From: Gemmatimonadales bacterium
Lineage (GTDB): Bacteria > Gemmatimonadota > Gemmatimonadetes > Gemmatimonadales > GWC2-71-9
Direction: 5' to 3'
NCBI GenBank assembly: GCA_041577295.1
Contig: JBFGJG010000008.1
Coordinates: 1 to 64,000, forward strand
DNA length: 64,000 nt
A model generated the notes under the pieces. It did no database searches, had not been told where the DNA came from, and was given only the letters and a program-made list of their open reading frames with translations. Position 1 is the stretch's first letter. Every line of letters starts with the position of its first letter. Positions 1 through 9,922 of the stretch are shown in pieces. Made by a program: the position numbers and the translations under genes.

Positions 1-789
1 CAAATGGCCGATGGTGATGCGCTCCGCTGCAGAACGGTTTGGATAATCGGGGAGATACTCGATCAACCGATCATCCAGCGAAAGTTTCCCCTGCGCCAAC
101 AGCTGTGCTACGGCCACCTTGGTGAACTCTTTGTTGATGGAACCGATGTCGAATCTGGTATCCAAGCGGTTTGGTACCTTGAACCGTTTGCTCGCCATAC
201 CGTGCGCGGCGGAGAACAGGACATCTCCCCGGTGAGCCACGAGTACGGCACCGGAGAACCGATCGTCGTCCGCGAGAGTCTGGAGGTACCGGGCCAACGC
301 ATCGCGAATCGCCGCGTGATCGGTGTTGGTCGGGAGCTCGAGGGGTGGGAGCGGTGATCCTCCCGGTCCGCGTCCTGGACCACCGGGACCACCGCGCGCG
401 ACCCCGAGCCCGGCGATGCGGTGTGGGGACTGTGGCTCAAACTCGAATTCCAGACTGGCGGGCATGCCGCCGTCCTGCGGGACCAGCCTGAGGGTCAATG
501 TATGCGGCTGCCTGATCATGACTCCCCCGACCTGCGTGGAGCCGAGATCGCGAACGAGCCGTTCAGCCATGCCTCGCCACTCTTCCATATTCCGTCGCTC
601 CCACATCGGCGGTGCGAGGTTGGCCTGAAGAAACGCGACGACGCTGTCGGGATCGCCTGAGCTGAGCACCCGATGAAAAGCGATCGCGCGACGCTCTTCG
701 AGTCGCTCCGCCCGTTCCTCTCCCTGCGCTGCGACGCTCTGGACAATGCCGGTGAGTCCGACAACCAACGTGACGGTGATGAGCAGCAC
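1..789 (-). CDS. Serine hydrolase, beta-lactamase/class C family, with signal peptide; partial, runs off the window start
   Basis: Not in the ORF track because there is no stop in the window. Manual translation from GTG at 789 (AGGAG RBS upstream) gives a signal peptide, then RFSGAVLVAHRGDVLFSAAHGMASKRFQVPNRLDTRFDIGSINKEFT (SxxK motif) and LSLDDRLIEYLPDYP...ITIGHL. Confidence 0.9.
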   Translation of the reverse strand, partial: MLLITVTLVVGLTGIVQSVAAQGEERAERLEERRAIAFHRVLSSGDPDSVVAFLQANLAPPMWERRNMEEWRGMAERLVRDLGSTQVGGVMIRQPHTLTLRLVPQDGGMPASLEFEFEPQSPHRIAGLGVARGGPGGPGRGPGGSPLPPLELPTNTDHAAIRDALARYLQTLADDDRFSGAVLVAHRGDVLFSAAHGMASKRFKVPNRLDTRFDIGSINKEFTKVAVAQLLAQGKLSLDDRLIEYLPDYPNRSAAERITIGHL

Positions 790-994
790 GTCCGTATCGC
801 TCCTGTTGAGGGGTTGTTACGAAAGATGCACGATCGGTCGAATGGGTCGCGGGTGACCTTCCCACTTCCGCCGCCGATCCCATTCATCCCGCCTCTGCCA
901 CCTATCTCGCCAATCCAGCCTCTTCCCAAACGCCTTGCTCCATCGAAACCTTTCCAGTGCGCCCTCGCACTCTCAGATCCAGACGGAAGAATCA

Positions 995-2098
995 ATGAGG
1001 ATCATCCGCATCATTGTATATCAAGTTGACCTTCCGTTGCAGGAGGGTCGGTACGCGTGGTCCGGCGGTAAGTACGTGGACGTCTTCGATTCAACCGTCG
1101 TTCGGGTCGAGACGGACACCGGCTTGGTGGGCCACGGTGAGGTCTGTCCTCTCGGACCGGTGTATCTGCCGGCGTACCCTGCGGGCGTGCGTGCCGGTCT
1201 CGCGGAACTGGCCCCTGCGGTGCTCGGTCGGGATCCAACACAGGTCGCCATGATCAACGCGGCCATGGATGAGGCGCTACAGGGGCACCCGTACGCCAAG
1301 TCCCCCCTGGATCTCGCGTGCTGGGACATCCTCGGGCAGGCCACCGGGCAGCCCGTGTGTACGCTCCTCGGCGGGCGGTTTGGTGACGACGTGCTTCTCT
1401 ATCGCGCCATCTCCCAAGCGACGGCGTCCGCCATGGCGGATCGCGTTGCGAACTACCGCGCGGAGGGATACCGGCGATTTCAACTCAAGGTCGGGGGCGA
1501 TCCGGATGAGGACATCGAGCGCATCCGGGTAGTGGCCGGGGTGCTGGAACCCGGCGACGTCCTCGTCGCTGATGCCAACACGGGCTGGCTTACCCATCAT
1601 GCGACGCGCGTGATCAACGGTGTCCGTGACCTCCAAGTGTACATCGAGCAACCCTGCGCAACCTACGAGGAGTGCCTCTCGATTCGGGAACGCACCCCGT
1701 TGCCCTTTGTGCTCGACGAGTCGATCACAGACCTCAGCTCGCTACTTCGCGCATGGCAGGATCGCGCAATGGACATCGTCAACGTGAAAATCAGCAAGTT
1801 CGGCGGGCTCACGCACGCACTCCAAATCCGCAATCTGTGCGTCGCGCTCGGGATCGCCATGACGATCGAAGACTCCTGGGGGAGCGACATCACCACGGCG
1901 GCGATCGCCCACCTAGCGCACAGCACACCGTCCCGGTTCCGATTCACGGCCACTGACTTCAATAGCTACGTCACATTGACCACCGCGGAAGGTGCACCGA
2001 GACGGATCGGAGGACGCATGCGGGCCAGTCGCGCGCCCGGGCTCGGCATCACACCCAGGGATGACGTGTTGGGCGAGCCCGTCCTGGTCTTTCAATGA
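995..2098 (+). CDS. Enolase superfamily (mandelate racemase/MLE) enzyme, cis-3-hydroxy-L-proline dehydratase-like
   Basis: [22 protein letters not shown], metal ligands in [27 protein letters not shown] at 995 preferred over 935. Confidence 0.85.
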   Translation: MRIIRIIVYQVDLPLQEGRYAWSGGKYVDVFDSTVVRVETDTGLVGHGEVCPLGPVYLPAYPAGVRAGLAELAPAVLGRDPTQVAMINAAMDEALQGHPYAKSPLDLACWDILGQATGQPVCTLLGGRFGDDVLLYRAISQATASAMADRVANYRAEGYRRFQLKVGGDPDEDIERIRVVAGVLEPGDVLVADANTGWLTHHATRVINGVRDLQVYIEQPCATYEECLSIRERTPLPFVLDESITDLSSLLRAWQDRAMDIVNVKISKFGGLTHALQIRNLCVALGIAMTIEDSWGSDITTAAIAHLAHSTPSRFRFTATDFNSYVTLTTAEGAPRRIGGRMRASRAPGLGITPRDDVLGEPVLVFQ

Positions 2099-2240
2099 TC
2101 GCGCACCGGATCAGATTCGGCTGCAACAAGTCACTTAGTGAGAGGCGCCGGGGATCCGCTCGAAGGATTGTGAGATTTGTCACTACAGGCGGCTATCGGA
2201 TTGACCAGTAAAGAAATCTCGCCCTTCCGCCTGGGGGCCC

Positions 2241-3650
2241 ATGACTGTTGCGCGATCGGTGAGAACGCAGCTCACGCTGTTCGCTGGTCTCACGTTGTTC
2301 TACTTCTCGGCCGGAAAGCTCGGCCTCTCGCTCGCGTTTGTGCACGCGAGCGCAACGGCCGTGTGGGCTCCAACCGGTATCGCACTGTGGGCGTTGCTGG
2401 TCTTCGGATATCGCCTTTGGCCGGCGATCCTCCTGGGCGCGTTCTTGGTCAATGTGACGACTGCCGGCACGGCCGCGACGTCCCTGAGCATCGCGGTAGG
2501 TAACACACTAGAAGCAGTCGTGGGTGCATACCTGGTAAATCGCTTCGCAAATGGGCGCCAGGTATTCGATCGCGCACACGACGTCTTCGTGTTCGCGGGC
2601 CTCGCAGTCATCGTGAGTACGATGGTGAGCGCCACCTGGGGCGTCACCACGCTCGCGGCAAGCGGCATGGCCCAGTGGCGGGACTGGGGATCGATCTGGT
2701 GGACGTGGTGGCTCGGCGACGCCACCGGGAACGTCGTAGTTGCCCCGCTGCTGGTGTTGGGCAGCGTCGAGCGCGGAGGCGTGTGGAACAAGAGGAAAAT
2801 CCTCGAAGCGGTGGCCTTGTCTACCGCAGTCCTCGTGGTGGGGTTCGCGGTCTTTGGCGGGCTAGTTCTGCCCGGCACGAAGAATTATCCCCTCGAGTTT
2901 CTTTGCATACCGCTCTTTATCTGGGCAGCCTTTCGCTTTGGGAGAAGAGAAGCGGCCGCAACGGTGTTTGTGATGGCTTGCCTTGCCATCTGGGGGACGC
3001 TGCGGGGCTTCGGACCATTTGCCAGACCATCGCCAAACGAGTCCTTGCTCCTCCTGCAGGCCTTCGTGGGTGTCAGTGCCATCATGACGCTCGCTCTCGC
3101 GACGGTCATCGCCGAGCGGAAAGAGGTCATCGAGCAGCTGCATCGCCTCGCCAGCAGCGATCCGTTGACCGGACTACCGAACTTTCGCCACCTCTGCAGC
3201 GTCCTCGACCGCGAGATCACACGATCGGGCCGCACAGAACGGCCGTTTGTGGTTCTCTTCTTTGATCTCGATGACCTCAAGGGGATCAACGACCGCCAAG
3301 GACACCTGGCGGGAAATCACGCCTTGTGCCGCCTTGCGGATGTGCTGCGTCATTCGTGCCGGGCGCTCGATACACCGGCCCGCTTTGGAGGAGATGAATT
3401 TGCCGTAGTCTTGCCGGAGACGGCGGAAACGGAGGCACGCCGAGTCATGCAGCGCATTGGCGAGCAGCTCAACGCCCAGGACCAGGACCCGACGATCTCC
3501 GTGAGCGTCGGTCTCGCCATGTACCCACGCGATGGTAGCACCGCGGATCAGCTACTCGCGCGGGCGGATCAGTCCCTCTACCGCGACAAGAAGGCGACGG
3601 ATCGGGACGTCACCCAACGACGCCGCCCGTCGCCCATCCACCTCGCGTAG
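2241..3650 (+). CDS. MASE1-domain membrane diguanylate cyclase
   Basis: Multi-TM MASE1 region (VWAPTGIA, WWTWWLGD), DPLTGLPN, RxxD I-site (RALD) and an intact GGDEF. Confidence 0.93.
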   Translation: MTVARSVRTQLTLFAGLTLFYFSAGKLGLSLAFVHASATAVWAPTGIALWALLVFGYRLWPAILLGAFLVNVTTAGTAATSLSIAVGNTLEAVVGAYLVNRFANGRQVFDRAHDVFVFAGLAVIVSTMVSATWGVTTLAASGMAQWRDWGSIWWTWWLGDATGNVVVAPLLVLGSVERGGVWNKRKILEAVALSTAVLVVGFAVFGGLVLPGTKNYPLEFLCIPLFIWAAFRFGRREAAATVFVMACLAIWGTLRGFGPFARPSPNESLLLLQAFVGVSAIMTLALATVIAERKEVIEQLHRLASSDPLTGLPNFRHLCSVLDREITRSGRTERPFVVLFFDLDDLKGINDRQGHLAGNHALCRLADVLRHSCRALDTPARFGGDEFAVVLPETAETEARRVMQRIGEQLNAQDQDPTISVSVGLAMYPRDGSTADQLLARADQSLYRDKKATDRDVTQRRRPSPIHLA

Positions 3651-3706
3651 AATTCCTGCTCCAGCCCTGCCAACCTGCTCTACCTTTCCGTTCTTCCATC
3701 TTTTTG

Positions 3707-4099
3707 TCAGGTTGAGCCACGTAACCACTGACCCGGGGCCAGATGCATGCGGCCGCGACAGCCAAGGCATATCACGTCCGTGCCCGGGTCTTCATCGGGA
3801 ACCGAGACGAGCAGGTGACCACCGCAACGGGGACAGGCGACCGATGCCTCGGAGTCGCGCAGCATCGCATGAATCTCCAAACGCTCCCGTTCCGTGAACG
3901 CGAAGAACCTGGGGCTACGGCGGTCCCGGTCGTCACGCCGATCCATCACGCGCCGATCGTCATCCGTGCGGCGCTCGCGATCGATGTCCTGCTGTTCCCC
4001 GCGCCGTTCTTCTTGCCGCCGCTCGTCCCACGAACGCCGGTCGGTTCCGGATCGCAGATCTTCGAGGAATCGTTGGTAGGAGCTGTTGAGATCGTTCAT
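3707..4099 (-). CDS. Small hypothetical protein with (D/E)RR repeats and a C-terminal Cys4 zinc ribbon
   Basis: From ATG at 4099: seven DRR/ERR triplets, then CPRC...CLGC. Confidence 0.7.
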   Translation of the reverse strand: MNDLNSSYQRFLEDLRSGTDRRSWDERRQEERRGEQQDIDRERRTDDDRRVMDRRDDRDRRSPRFFAFTERERLEIHAMLRDSEASVACPRCGGHLLVSVPDEDPGTDVICLGCRGRMHLAPGQWLRGST

Positions 4100-4194
4100 G
4101 TGCAAACGATAGGGGTTGGTACTCGCCCCGGCTAGGTGAGCGGCCGCGCTGTAGCTGGCCACCGTGAGACGACGTCCACGCACGAGGAGGAACC

Positions 4195-5190
4195 ATGAAG
4201 CCGAGCATGACATCAGCAGCATGCATCTTGGTCTGGTGCGCGTTCGGCACCACCGAGCTTGCACTAGGGCAGACTCAGGAGCGGGGTCCCTGGTGGCCGC
4301 ATCCCATCTGGGGACCGGAGGACCAAGCCGGCGCATCCAACTGGATCACGCCTGCCAAGGTGCTCGAGGCTGTGGCGCTGATCAACGAAGGGAATGTCTA
4401 CGAGCTCGGGCACGTCTACGAGCGGGGGATGCCACTCTTCGGTGCGCGCACATACGCGATGTTCATTCCGAGCTCGCCGACGTACGTGGGTCTCGGCGCC
4501 AACCGCCTCATTGGTCACGACGATTTTCTTTGTACCGAAATAGGCAACGTGGGGACCCAGTTCGACGGGCTGGGACACATCGGCCAGGAGGTCCTGATGG
4601 CGGACGGAACAACCGGCCAGGTGTTCTACAACGGAGTATCGCTCGACGAAATGAAGAGTCCGTACGGGCTCATGAAGCTGGGCATCGAGCACGTTAAGCC
4701 GATTATCACCCGTGGAATCGTCATCGACATCGCGGGGGTCAAGGGAGTGGAGGCGTTGGCCAACAGCTACGAGGTCACCGTGGCCGACGTGCAGGCCGCA
4801 CTTCAGCGACAGGGGATGTCTGAAACTGACATCCGCCAGGGCGATGCGCTCCTCTTTCGGTACGGCTGGTCCCAATATTGGACGGATCCCGCAACGTACA
4901 ACCACAACCCACCGGGAATCGGTCTCGAAGTCGCGCGGTGGGTGGCGGCCCGGCAAGTCTCGATGGTCGGCTCGGATTCCTTTACCACCGAAGTCATCCC
5001 CAATCCCGATCCAAGCCTGGCCTTTCCGGTGCATCAGGAGCTGCTGACGAAGAACGGGATCTTCAATCTGGAGAATCTGCGGCTCGACCAGCTTGCGGCC
5101 GATGGCGTGTTTCTGTTCGCGTTCGTCTTCACGCCCGTACCATTCAAAGGAGGCGTGGGATCACCCGGTCGCCCGATCGCGATACGGTGA
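4195..5190 (+). CDS. Cyclase family (kynurenine formamidase-like) metal hydrolase, secreted
   Basis: Signal peptide, WGPEDQAGA, GTQFDGLGH, VGSD, ENL, GSPGRPIA; GAGGAGG RBS. Confidence 0.88.
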   Translation: MKPSMTSAACILVWCAFGTTELALGQTQERGPWWPHPIWGPEDQAGASNWITPAKVLEAVALINEGNVYELGHVYERGMPLFGARTYAMFIPSSPTYVGLGANRLIGHDDFLCTEIGNVGTQFDGLGHIGQEVLMADGTTGQVFYNGVSLDEMKSPYGLMKLGIEHVKPIITRGIVIDIAGVKGVEALANSYEVTVADVQAALQRQGMSETDIRQGDALLFRYGWSQYWTDPATYNHNPPGIGLEVARWVAARQVSMVGSDSFTTEVIPNPDPSLAFPVHQELLTKNGIFNLENLRLDQLAADGVFLFAFVFTPVPFKGGVGSPGRPIAIR

Positions 5191-5391
5191 ACGACGGTCA
5201 GGGGTAGAGTGAGGTGAGAGGGGGCCCTCCCCCTCTCTGCACTCTGTCCTTCCGAGTCCTCAATCCCTATTCCTTACTGCTGTACCGGTCCTACACCCCG
5301 ACCCCCAGGTTAGCCACGCGATCCTTCCGGTGTGAGCTGGCATGCAATCTAACTCATTGTAATACAATATCTTAGACCAGATATCCGAGAC

Positions 5392-5405
5392 GGCACGGGC
5401 GTTGC
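5392..5405 (+). promoter_or_regulatory. Sigma54 (-24/-12) promoter of the OmpA operon
   Basis: cGGCACGGGCGTTGCc closely matches TGGCACG-N4-TTGC; AT-rich IHF-like tract at about 5345-5375. Confidence 0.7.
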
Positions 5406-5471
5406 CTGTTGCAACCGCGCGGCGCCACAAAGCGCCGCGTGCGTTTCTCAGGGAGGGTGAGAGCAGAACGC

Positions 5472-6128
5472 ATGAGTGAAAGGCTGTTGGGCTGGTTTGG
5501 AGTCGGCACGTTCGGCGCGTTATGGGCCGTGTGCCTGATACGCGAAGCACCTCGAATCGAGGCTGAGCTCCTCGCACAGGGGAGTGAGGCCATAAACGTC
5601 GCAGGCCTCCCGTCGAACGGATTGATCATCGATGGCCGCGCGCTTACGTGGCGTGGGGTGGTCGACGGCGCCGAGGATATTGTCCGCGTGGGCGACCTCC
5701 TGGCGGAGATGGCGGGCGTCCGATCGGTTCGCGTCGACGGCATCCGCCGTCCTCCCCCCAAGGCAAAGACGTTGGAACGACGTCTGGCGCAGCTGGTCGA
5801 GCATCACCCTATCACGTTCACTTCGAACAGCGCCGTGCTCGTCTCGCGTTCGCGGGAGTCGCTTGATGTGATGGCCGACGTGATGGCCGGCGAGCCGGAT
5901 ATGAGCATCCTCATCGAGGGTCACACCGACTCCCGTGGCGATCCACGGATGAACCTCGAACTCAGTCAACAACGAGCGGACGCGGTCCGACGATACCTCG
6001 TGCTGCGGGGAATCGCTCCCGACCGCCTAGAGGCTATAGGGTTCGGCGATACTGCACCCATCGCCGACAACGCCAGTGCAGCTGGACGCCGCGCGAATCG
6101 GCGAATCGTGTTCCGGGTGAAGGAGTAG
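5472..6128 (+). CDS. OmpA-family peptidoglycan-binding protein with N-terminal TM and BON-like domain
   Basis: IEGHTDSRG...NLELSQQRADAV...GFGDTAPIADN...NRRIVF. Confidence 0.9.
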   Translation: MSERLLGWFGVGTFGALWAVCLIREAPRIEAELLAQGSEAINVAGLPSNGLIIDGRALTWRGVVDGAEDIVRVGDLLAEMAGVRSVRVDGIRRPPPKAKTLERRLAQLVEHHPITFTSNSAVLVSRSRESLDVMADVMAGEPDMSILIEGHTDSRGDPRMNLELSQQRADAVRRYLVLRGIAPDRLEAIGFGDTAPIADNASAAGRRANRRIVFRVKE

Positions 6129-6133
6129 CACCA

Positions 6134-7069
6134 ATGTGGTACCTCATCGCTGAAATCTCGGTCTACCTCGTAAGTGGATGGGTCCTGGGCGTGTTTTCCG
6201 GATGGTTCTTCCGAGGAGCATCCGGGCAGAAGGACGTGGAAGATCTACACGCGTATTGGACCGGACGGGTCAAATCCATCGAGCACCAGTTCACGGGCGC
6301 ACGCGAAGAGCTCAAGCTGGCATCGCACCGACGGGAGACACTCGAAGAGACGCTGAAGGAGAAGGTCACGGCGCTGGAACGTGTCGCAGGCCATCTCGGT
6401 GAAGCGGAGAAGACGAAAGCCGAGTTGCACATCCGCCTGGGCCGCGTGGTCATGGAGCGGGACGATCTGCTGCGCCGATTAGAGAGCGGCGAGGGTCAGC
6501 CACCCTCCTCCGACGTGACGCAGCTGCGTGAGCTGTTGGAGCAGCGCGAGGGCGATCTCGCCGCTGCCGTGCGGCGAGCCGAGCAACTCGAGCCCCTAAT
6601 CGGGAGAATCGAGGAGCTGAAGGGCTCCCTCGCCCAGTTGGCGCCGCTCCGCAACGAGCTCGCCTCGGCCCTTTCACAGATCACCGAGCTCGAGCGGGCG
6701 ATTCGCGAGCGCCAAAGCGAGATCCTCGCGCGCGACGAGGAGATCGGACGGCTGCGTCACCGTGTCCGTGAGTTAGAGGACACCTTCCCTCCCACCCAGG
6801 TCGCATCCAACGGCAACGGACATCCCCATGTGCAGCACGCTGCAGGCGAGAACGGGGCGTCGGGTGGTGGCGATCGGGACGATCTCAAGCAAATCCGCGG
6901 TATCGGCCACGTGATCGAGCGCTCGCTCAACGAGATTGGCATCTACAAGTTCGAGCAGATTGCGGGGTGGACGCCGCAGGACGTTGAGCAGCTCGATGGC
7001 TTTCAGGCGCGGATTCGGCGCGACGAATGGGTGGCGCAGGCCCGGAAGTTGGCTGGAAAGGAAAATTGA
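6134..7069 (+). CDS. Membrane-anchored coiled-coil protein with a C-terminal helix-hairpin-helix domain
   Basis: N-terminal TM, heptad-rich middle, DDLKQIRGIGHVIERSLNEIGIYKFEQIA...DEWVAQA. Confidence 0.8.
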   Translation: MWYLIAEISVYLVSGWVLGVFSGWFFRGASGQKDVEDLHAYWTGRVKSIEHQFTGAREELKLASHRRETLEETLKEKVTALERVAGHLGEAEKTKAELHIRLGRVVMERDDLLRRLESGEGQPPSSDVTQLRELLEQREGDLAAAVRRAEQLEPLIGRIEELKGSLAQLAPLRNELASALSQITELERAIRERQSEILARDEEIGRLRHRVRELEDTFPPTQVASNGNGHPHVQHAAGENGASGGGDRDDLKQIRGIGHVIERSLNEIGIYKFEQIAGWTPQDVEQLDGFQARIRRDEWVAQARKLAGKEN

Positions 7070-7073
7070 ACGA

Positions 7074-7550
7074 GTGATCGGAGGCCATCAGCTCTGGTGG
7101 TGGGGTGTTGCGATCGTCCTGATGGCCATGTCGGCGGGCGCGTGTAGCTCCCAAACGCCGAGCCTCAGAACCCAGCTCGAGCTTTCGCACGAGCAAGCCC
7201 AACTGGAGGCTATGCTCGACCCGCACCCCATTCGGTTCACGCCCGGCAGCCTCGAACTCCGCTCGTCGGCACGGGGAGCGCTCGATACGCTGGCGGCGGC
7301 ACTGCGTGCGCTTCCCAACGTGACGTTGCACATCGAGGGGTTCTCGTATTCGCAGCCGGACGCGCGGCTCAACAAAGAGCTGAGCGCGCACCGGGCTGAG
7401 GCCGTCAGGTTACACTTGGTGCTGCGTGGCGTGCCCTCGGAACGCCTTGACGCCAGCGGGCACGGAAGCGCCCAACTGGGAGGGTACGACGACGCCTTCG
7501 CGCGCGAGTTGCAAGCCCCGCAAATCGTTTTTCGCGTAGCTGGGCAATAG
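7074..7550 (+). CDS. OmpA-family lipoprotein with a degenerate peptidoglycan-binding motif
   Basis: GTG at 7074 just after the upstream stop; lipobox AGAC; IEGFSY...NKELSAHRAEAV...GHG. Confidence 0.78.
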   Translation: MIGGHQLWWWGVAIVLMAMSAGACSSQTPSLRTQLELSHEQAQLEAMLDPHPIRFTPGSLELRSSARGALDTLAAALRALPNVTLHIEGFSYSQPDARLNKELSAHRAEAVRLHLVLRGVPSERLDASGHGSAQLGGYDDAFARELQAPQIVFRVAGQ

Positions 7551-7682
7551 CCGAAAACACGGGCAGCCACTCGATCTCGTCGTAAAAGACCCGCTCGAAC
7601 TCCTGCGAGCCGCCCCAAGCGAATTCGTCGTCTGGCTCCCGTTCAGGCAACCATCCCCCTCGGCCCACACCCCACTCGCCAC

Positions 7683-8213
7683 TCACGATCCACCTCCGCA
7701 CACCCAGGCGGCACTCGTGCTGGCGTAGCCGACTCTCGGGGCCATGACCTCCGCGATGAAGAGCAGCGCACCGAGCATCGTCAGTAACGCCACGACGTGA
7801 GCCACACTACGCCGGGTACTCCACGTGGAGAACAGCGCGTGCACGCTGATGACGACGAGAAGTCCAACCGCCGCCAAGTAGGCCGCCAAGGGGACTCCGC
7901 AGGCGCGCGCGTAGGGCCACTGGGTGAGCGCGAGGGCCAGGACGACGCCCAACACGGTCCACAACCATGGGAAGCGCCACGGGTGCGGCCGAGCAACCGG
8001 GCTGATGAAGGGCTTCGACGTTCTCCTGGCCGCGGGGGCAGGGCGCGCGGGGCGCTGAGGGTTACTTGCGAGATCGGGATCTGCGTAGCGCAGCTTCTTG
8101 AGTAACCTGTCGACGACAACAGCGTCGTTGGTGGATGGAGACACCCGTCCCGGCGCGCCCGTTGGGGGTGGTCGGACGGCGTGTCGTGGCAGCGTTCTCG
8201 ACGATGGGGTCAT
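7683..8213 (-). CDS. Hypothetical membrane protein (3 TM)
   Basis: Pro-rich N-terminus, VDRLLKKL, three hydrophobic segments; starts 8 nt after the ankyrin gene stop. Confidence 0.7.
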   Translation of the reverse strand: MTPSSRTLPRHAVRPPPTGAPGRVSPSTNDAVVVDRLLKKLRYADPDLASNPQRPARPAPAARRTSKPFISPVARPHPWRFPWLWTVLGVVLALALTQWPYARACGVPLAAYLAAVGLLVVISVHALFSTWSTRRSVAHVVALLTMLGALLFIAEVMAPRVGYASTSAAWVCGGGS

Positions 8214-8220
8214 GCTCTCC

Positions 8221-9300
8221 TCAACTCCTGCGTGCGCGTTCCTGTTCCCGGCTCCAGTGTCGTTCGGCAACCTCGAGGAGCCGGGCGATGTCCTCGAAGG
8301 CAGCTTCTCTGGCGTAGTGGGAAGCCACTAACCCATCGGTGTCTTGAATCAACGGATCCGCCCCGGCCGCGAGCAGCGCGCGAACCACGTCGTGGTTCCC
8401 GGTCGCAGCGGCCGCCATGAGCGGTGTCAGTCCACGATCGTGTTGGAAGTTGGCGTCTACCCCGCCTGTCAGCAGGCCAGAGACAACCGGTGTCAAACCG
8501 TCCAGCGAGGCCAACAGCAACGCCTCGTTCGCCTGCTGATGCTCCGGACCAACCGCGTGGAGCAGGATCGCCATCGTCTCCAGGTAGCCGTCGATCGCCG
8601 CGTACACCAACGCACTTCCACCAGCCGAGTCCACCGCACGGGCGTCGGCACCATGGTGTAACAAGAGGCGCACGACCTCCGTCCGTCCGCTCCACGCAGC
8701 GGCGATCAAGGCGGTGGAGCCACTCGGGCCGTGCACACTTGGGTCGGCACCGGCGTTGAGCAACAGCTCGGCAACCCGGCCGTGTCCCGAGTCCGCCGCG
8801 GCGTGAAGCGCCGTCCACCCATCCTTATCCCGTCCGTTGGGGTCCACCCCGGCTTCGAGCAGCATCTTCACGACCGATGCGTGGCCGCCCAGCGCAGAAG
8901 CCATCAGCGCGGTCCAGCCGGACTGCATGCGGGCGTGTGGCGAGGCCCCTCGGTCGAGCAATGCGCGGGTGGTGAGCAGATGCCCAGCGCCTGAGGCGGC
9001 GATCAGTGCGGTGCGGCCATGATCGTCGGTGCCTTCAATGGACGCCCCAGCATCGAGTAGCCGGGCGACGACTGCCGTGTGACCCTGCTCGGCCGCCAGC
9101 ACCAAGGGCAGGTCCCCACTCTCGTCTGGGGCATTGGGGTCGGCTCCCCCTGCCAGCAGCGATGCGATCAAAGGCGTCTCGCCCGCCCGGGCGGCCGCAA
9201 CGAGCATCGCTTCGGTGGTCTGGACCGCCACGGCCCGCTCCGGGGAAAGCGAAGCGAGGGCCGTTAATGATGCCACAACCGCGACAGTGAGCTTTGTCAC
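8221..9300 (-). CDS. Secreted ankyrin-repeat protein
   Basis: Signal peptide and about 9 repeats of G.T(A/P)L..AA..GH..VV..LL..GA. Confidence 0.93.
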   Translation of the reverse strand: MTKLTVAVVASLTALASLSPERAVAVQTTEAMLVAAARAGETPLIASLLAGGADPNAPDESGDLPLVLAAEQGHTAVVARLLDAGASIEGTDDHGRTALIAASGAGHLLTTRALLDRGASPHARMQSGWTALMASALGGHASVVKMLLEAGVDPNGRDKDGWTALHAAADSGHGRVAELLLNAGADPSVHGPSGSTALIAAAWSGRTEVVRLLLHHGADARAVDSAGGSALVYAAIDGYLETMAILLHAVGPEHQQANEALLLASLDGLTPVVSGLLTGGVDANFQHDRGLTPLMAAAATGNHDVVRALLAAGADPLIQDTDGLVASHYAREAAFEDIARLLEVAERHWSREQERARRS

Positions 9301-9428
9301 GCTTCAGGGACTCCCCGGTGAGTGCGGCGGAGGTGCTCTGGATGTTAGGAAGGACGGGACGTGACTTCCGTGATCTATGTTGCCCTGCAAATGCGTTGAC
9401 GGTCAGCCGAAGGCCAAGCCGCGACTTT

Positions 9429-9776
9429 CTAGGGCATCTTCAGCACGGGCGGTCTGGTGGGGTTCTCGGGGCCACGGCTGGCGAGCAGCGCACGACCGTG
9501 CACGTACACCAAGCCCAGCTCGATGGTCGTCTCCGCTGCAAAACCCTGCTCGCCCAGGAAGCGGACCAGGTCTTCGATGGGCAGGTTGCCCTGATGGATG
9601 TGGCACGATTTCACGAAGTCGTAGTAGAGGTGCCAATCGTGCTCCTTCAACGCTTCACGGCGGGCCCCCATGACAAACGCGTGCAACTGCTCCCACGCAT
9701 TGGGGGGCAAGAGCGTTTCCATCGACCGCTGTGGCTGATCTTGTTCGCCGGGCACTGCAGTGGCACCTTCAGGCAT
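9429..9776 (-). CDS. Hypothetical protein
   Basis: Fills the gap between the ankyrin gene and lhgO; natural-looking helical composition; no motif recognised. Confidence 0.55.
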   Translation of the reverse strand: MPEGATAVPGEQDQPQRSMETLLPPNAWEQLHAFVMGARREALKEHDWHLYYDFVKSCHIHQGNLPIEDLVRFLGEQGFAAETTIELGLVYVHGRALLASRGPENPTRPPVLKMP

Positions 9777-9922
9777 CAAACATCCATCACGTTAACGTAT
9801 GATCCGAGCGAGCGACCGGCGCGAGCGTGGACGAGTCGCACGGCCCAACAAACCTGCATTGGAACGACCCGTCCGTCTACATCACGACTCGGTAGCTCTC
9901 TGCACCCCTTGAGGCGCTCCTC

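Noticed and set aside
9856..9869. GG-N10-GC upstream of the 9429-9776 gene as a sigma54 promoter
   Set aside because: It lacks the TT before GC and the CAC after GG, so the match is too weak to call.
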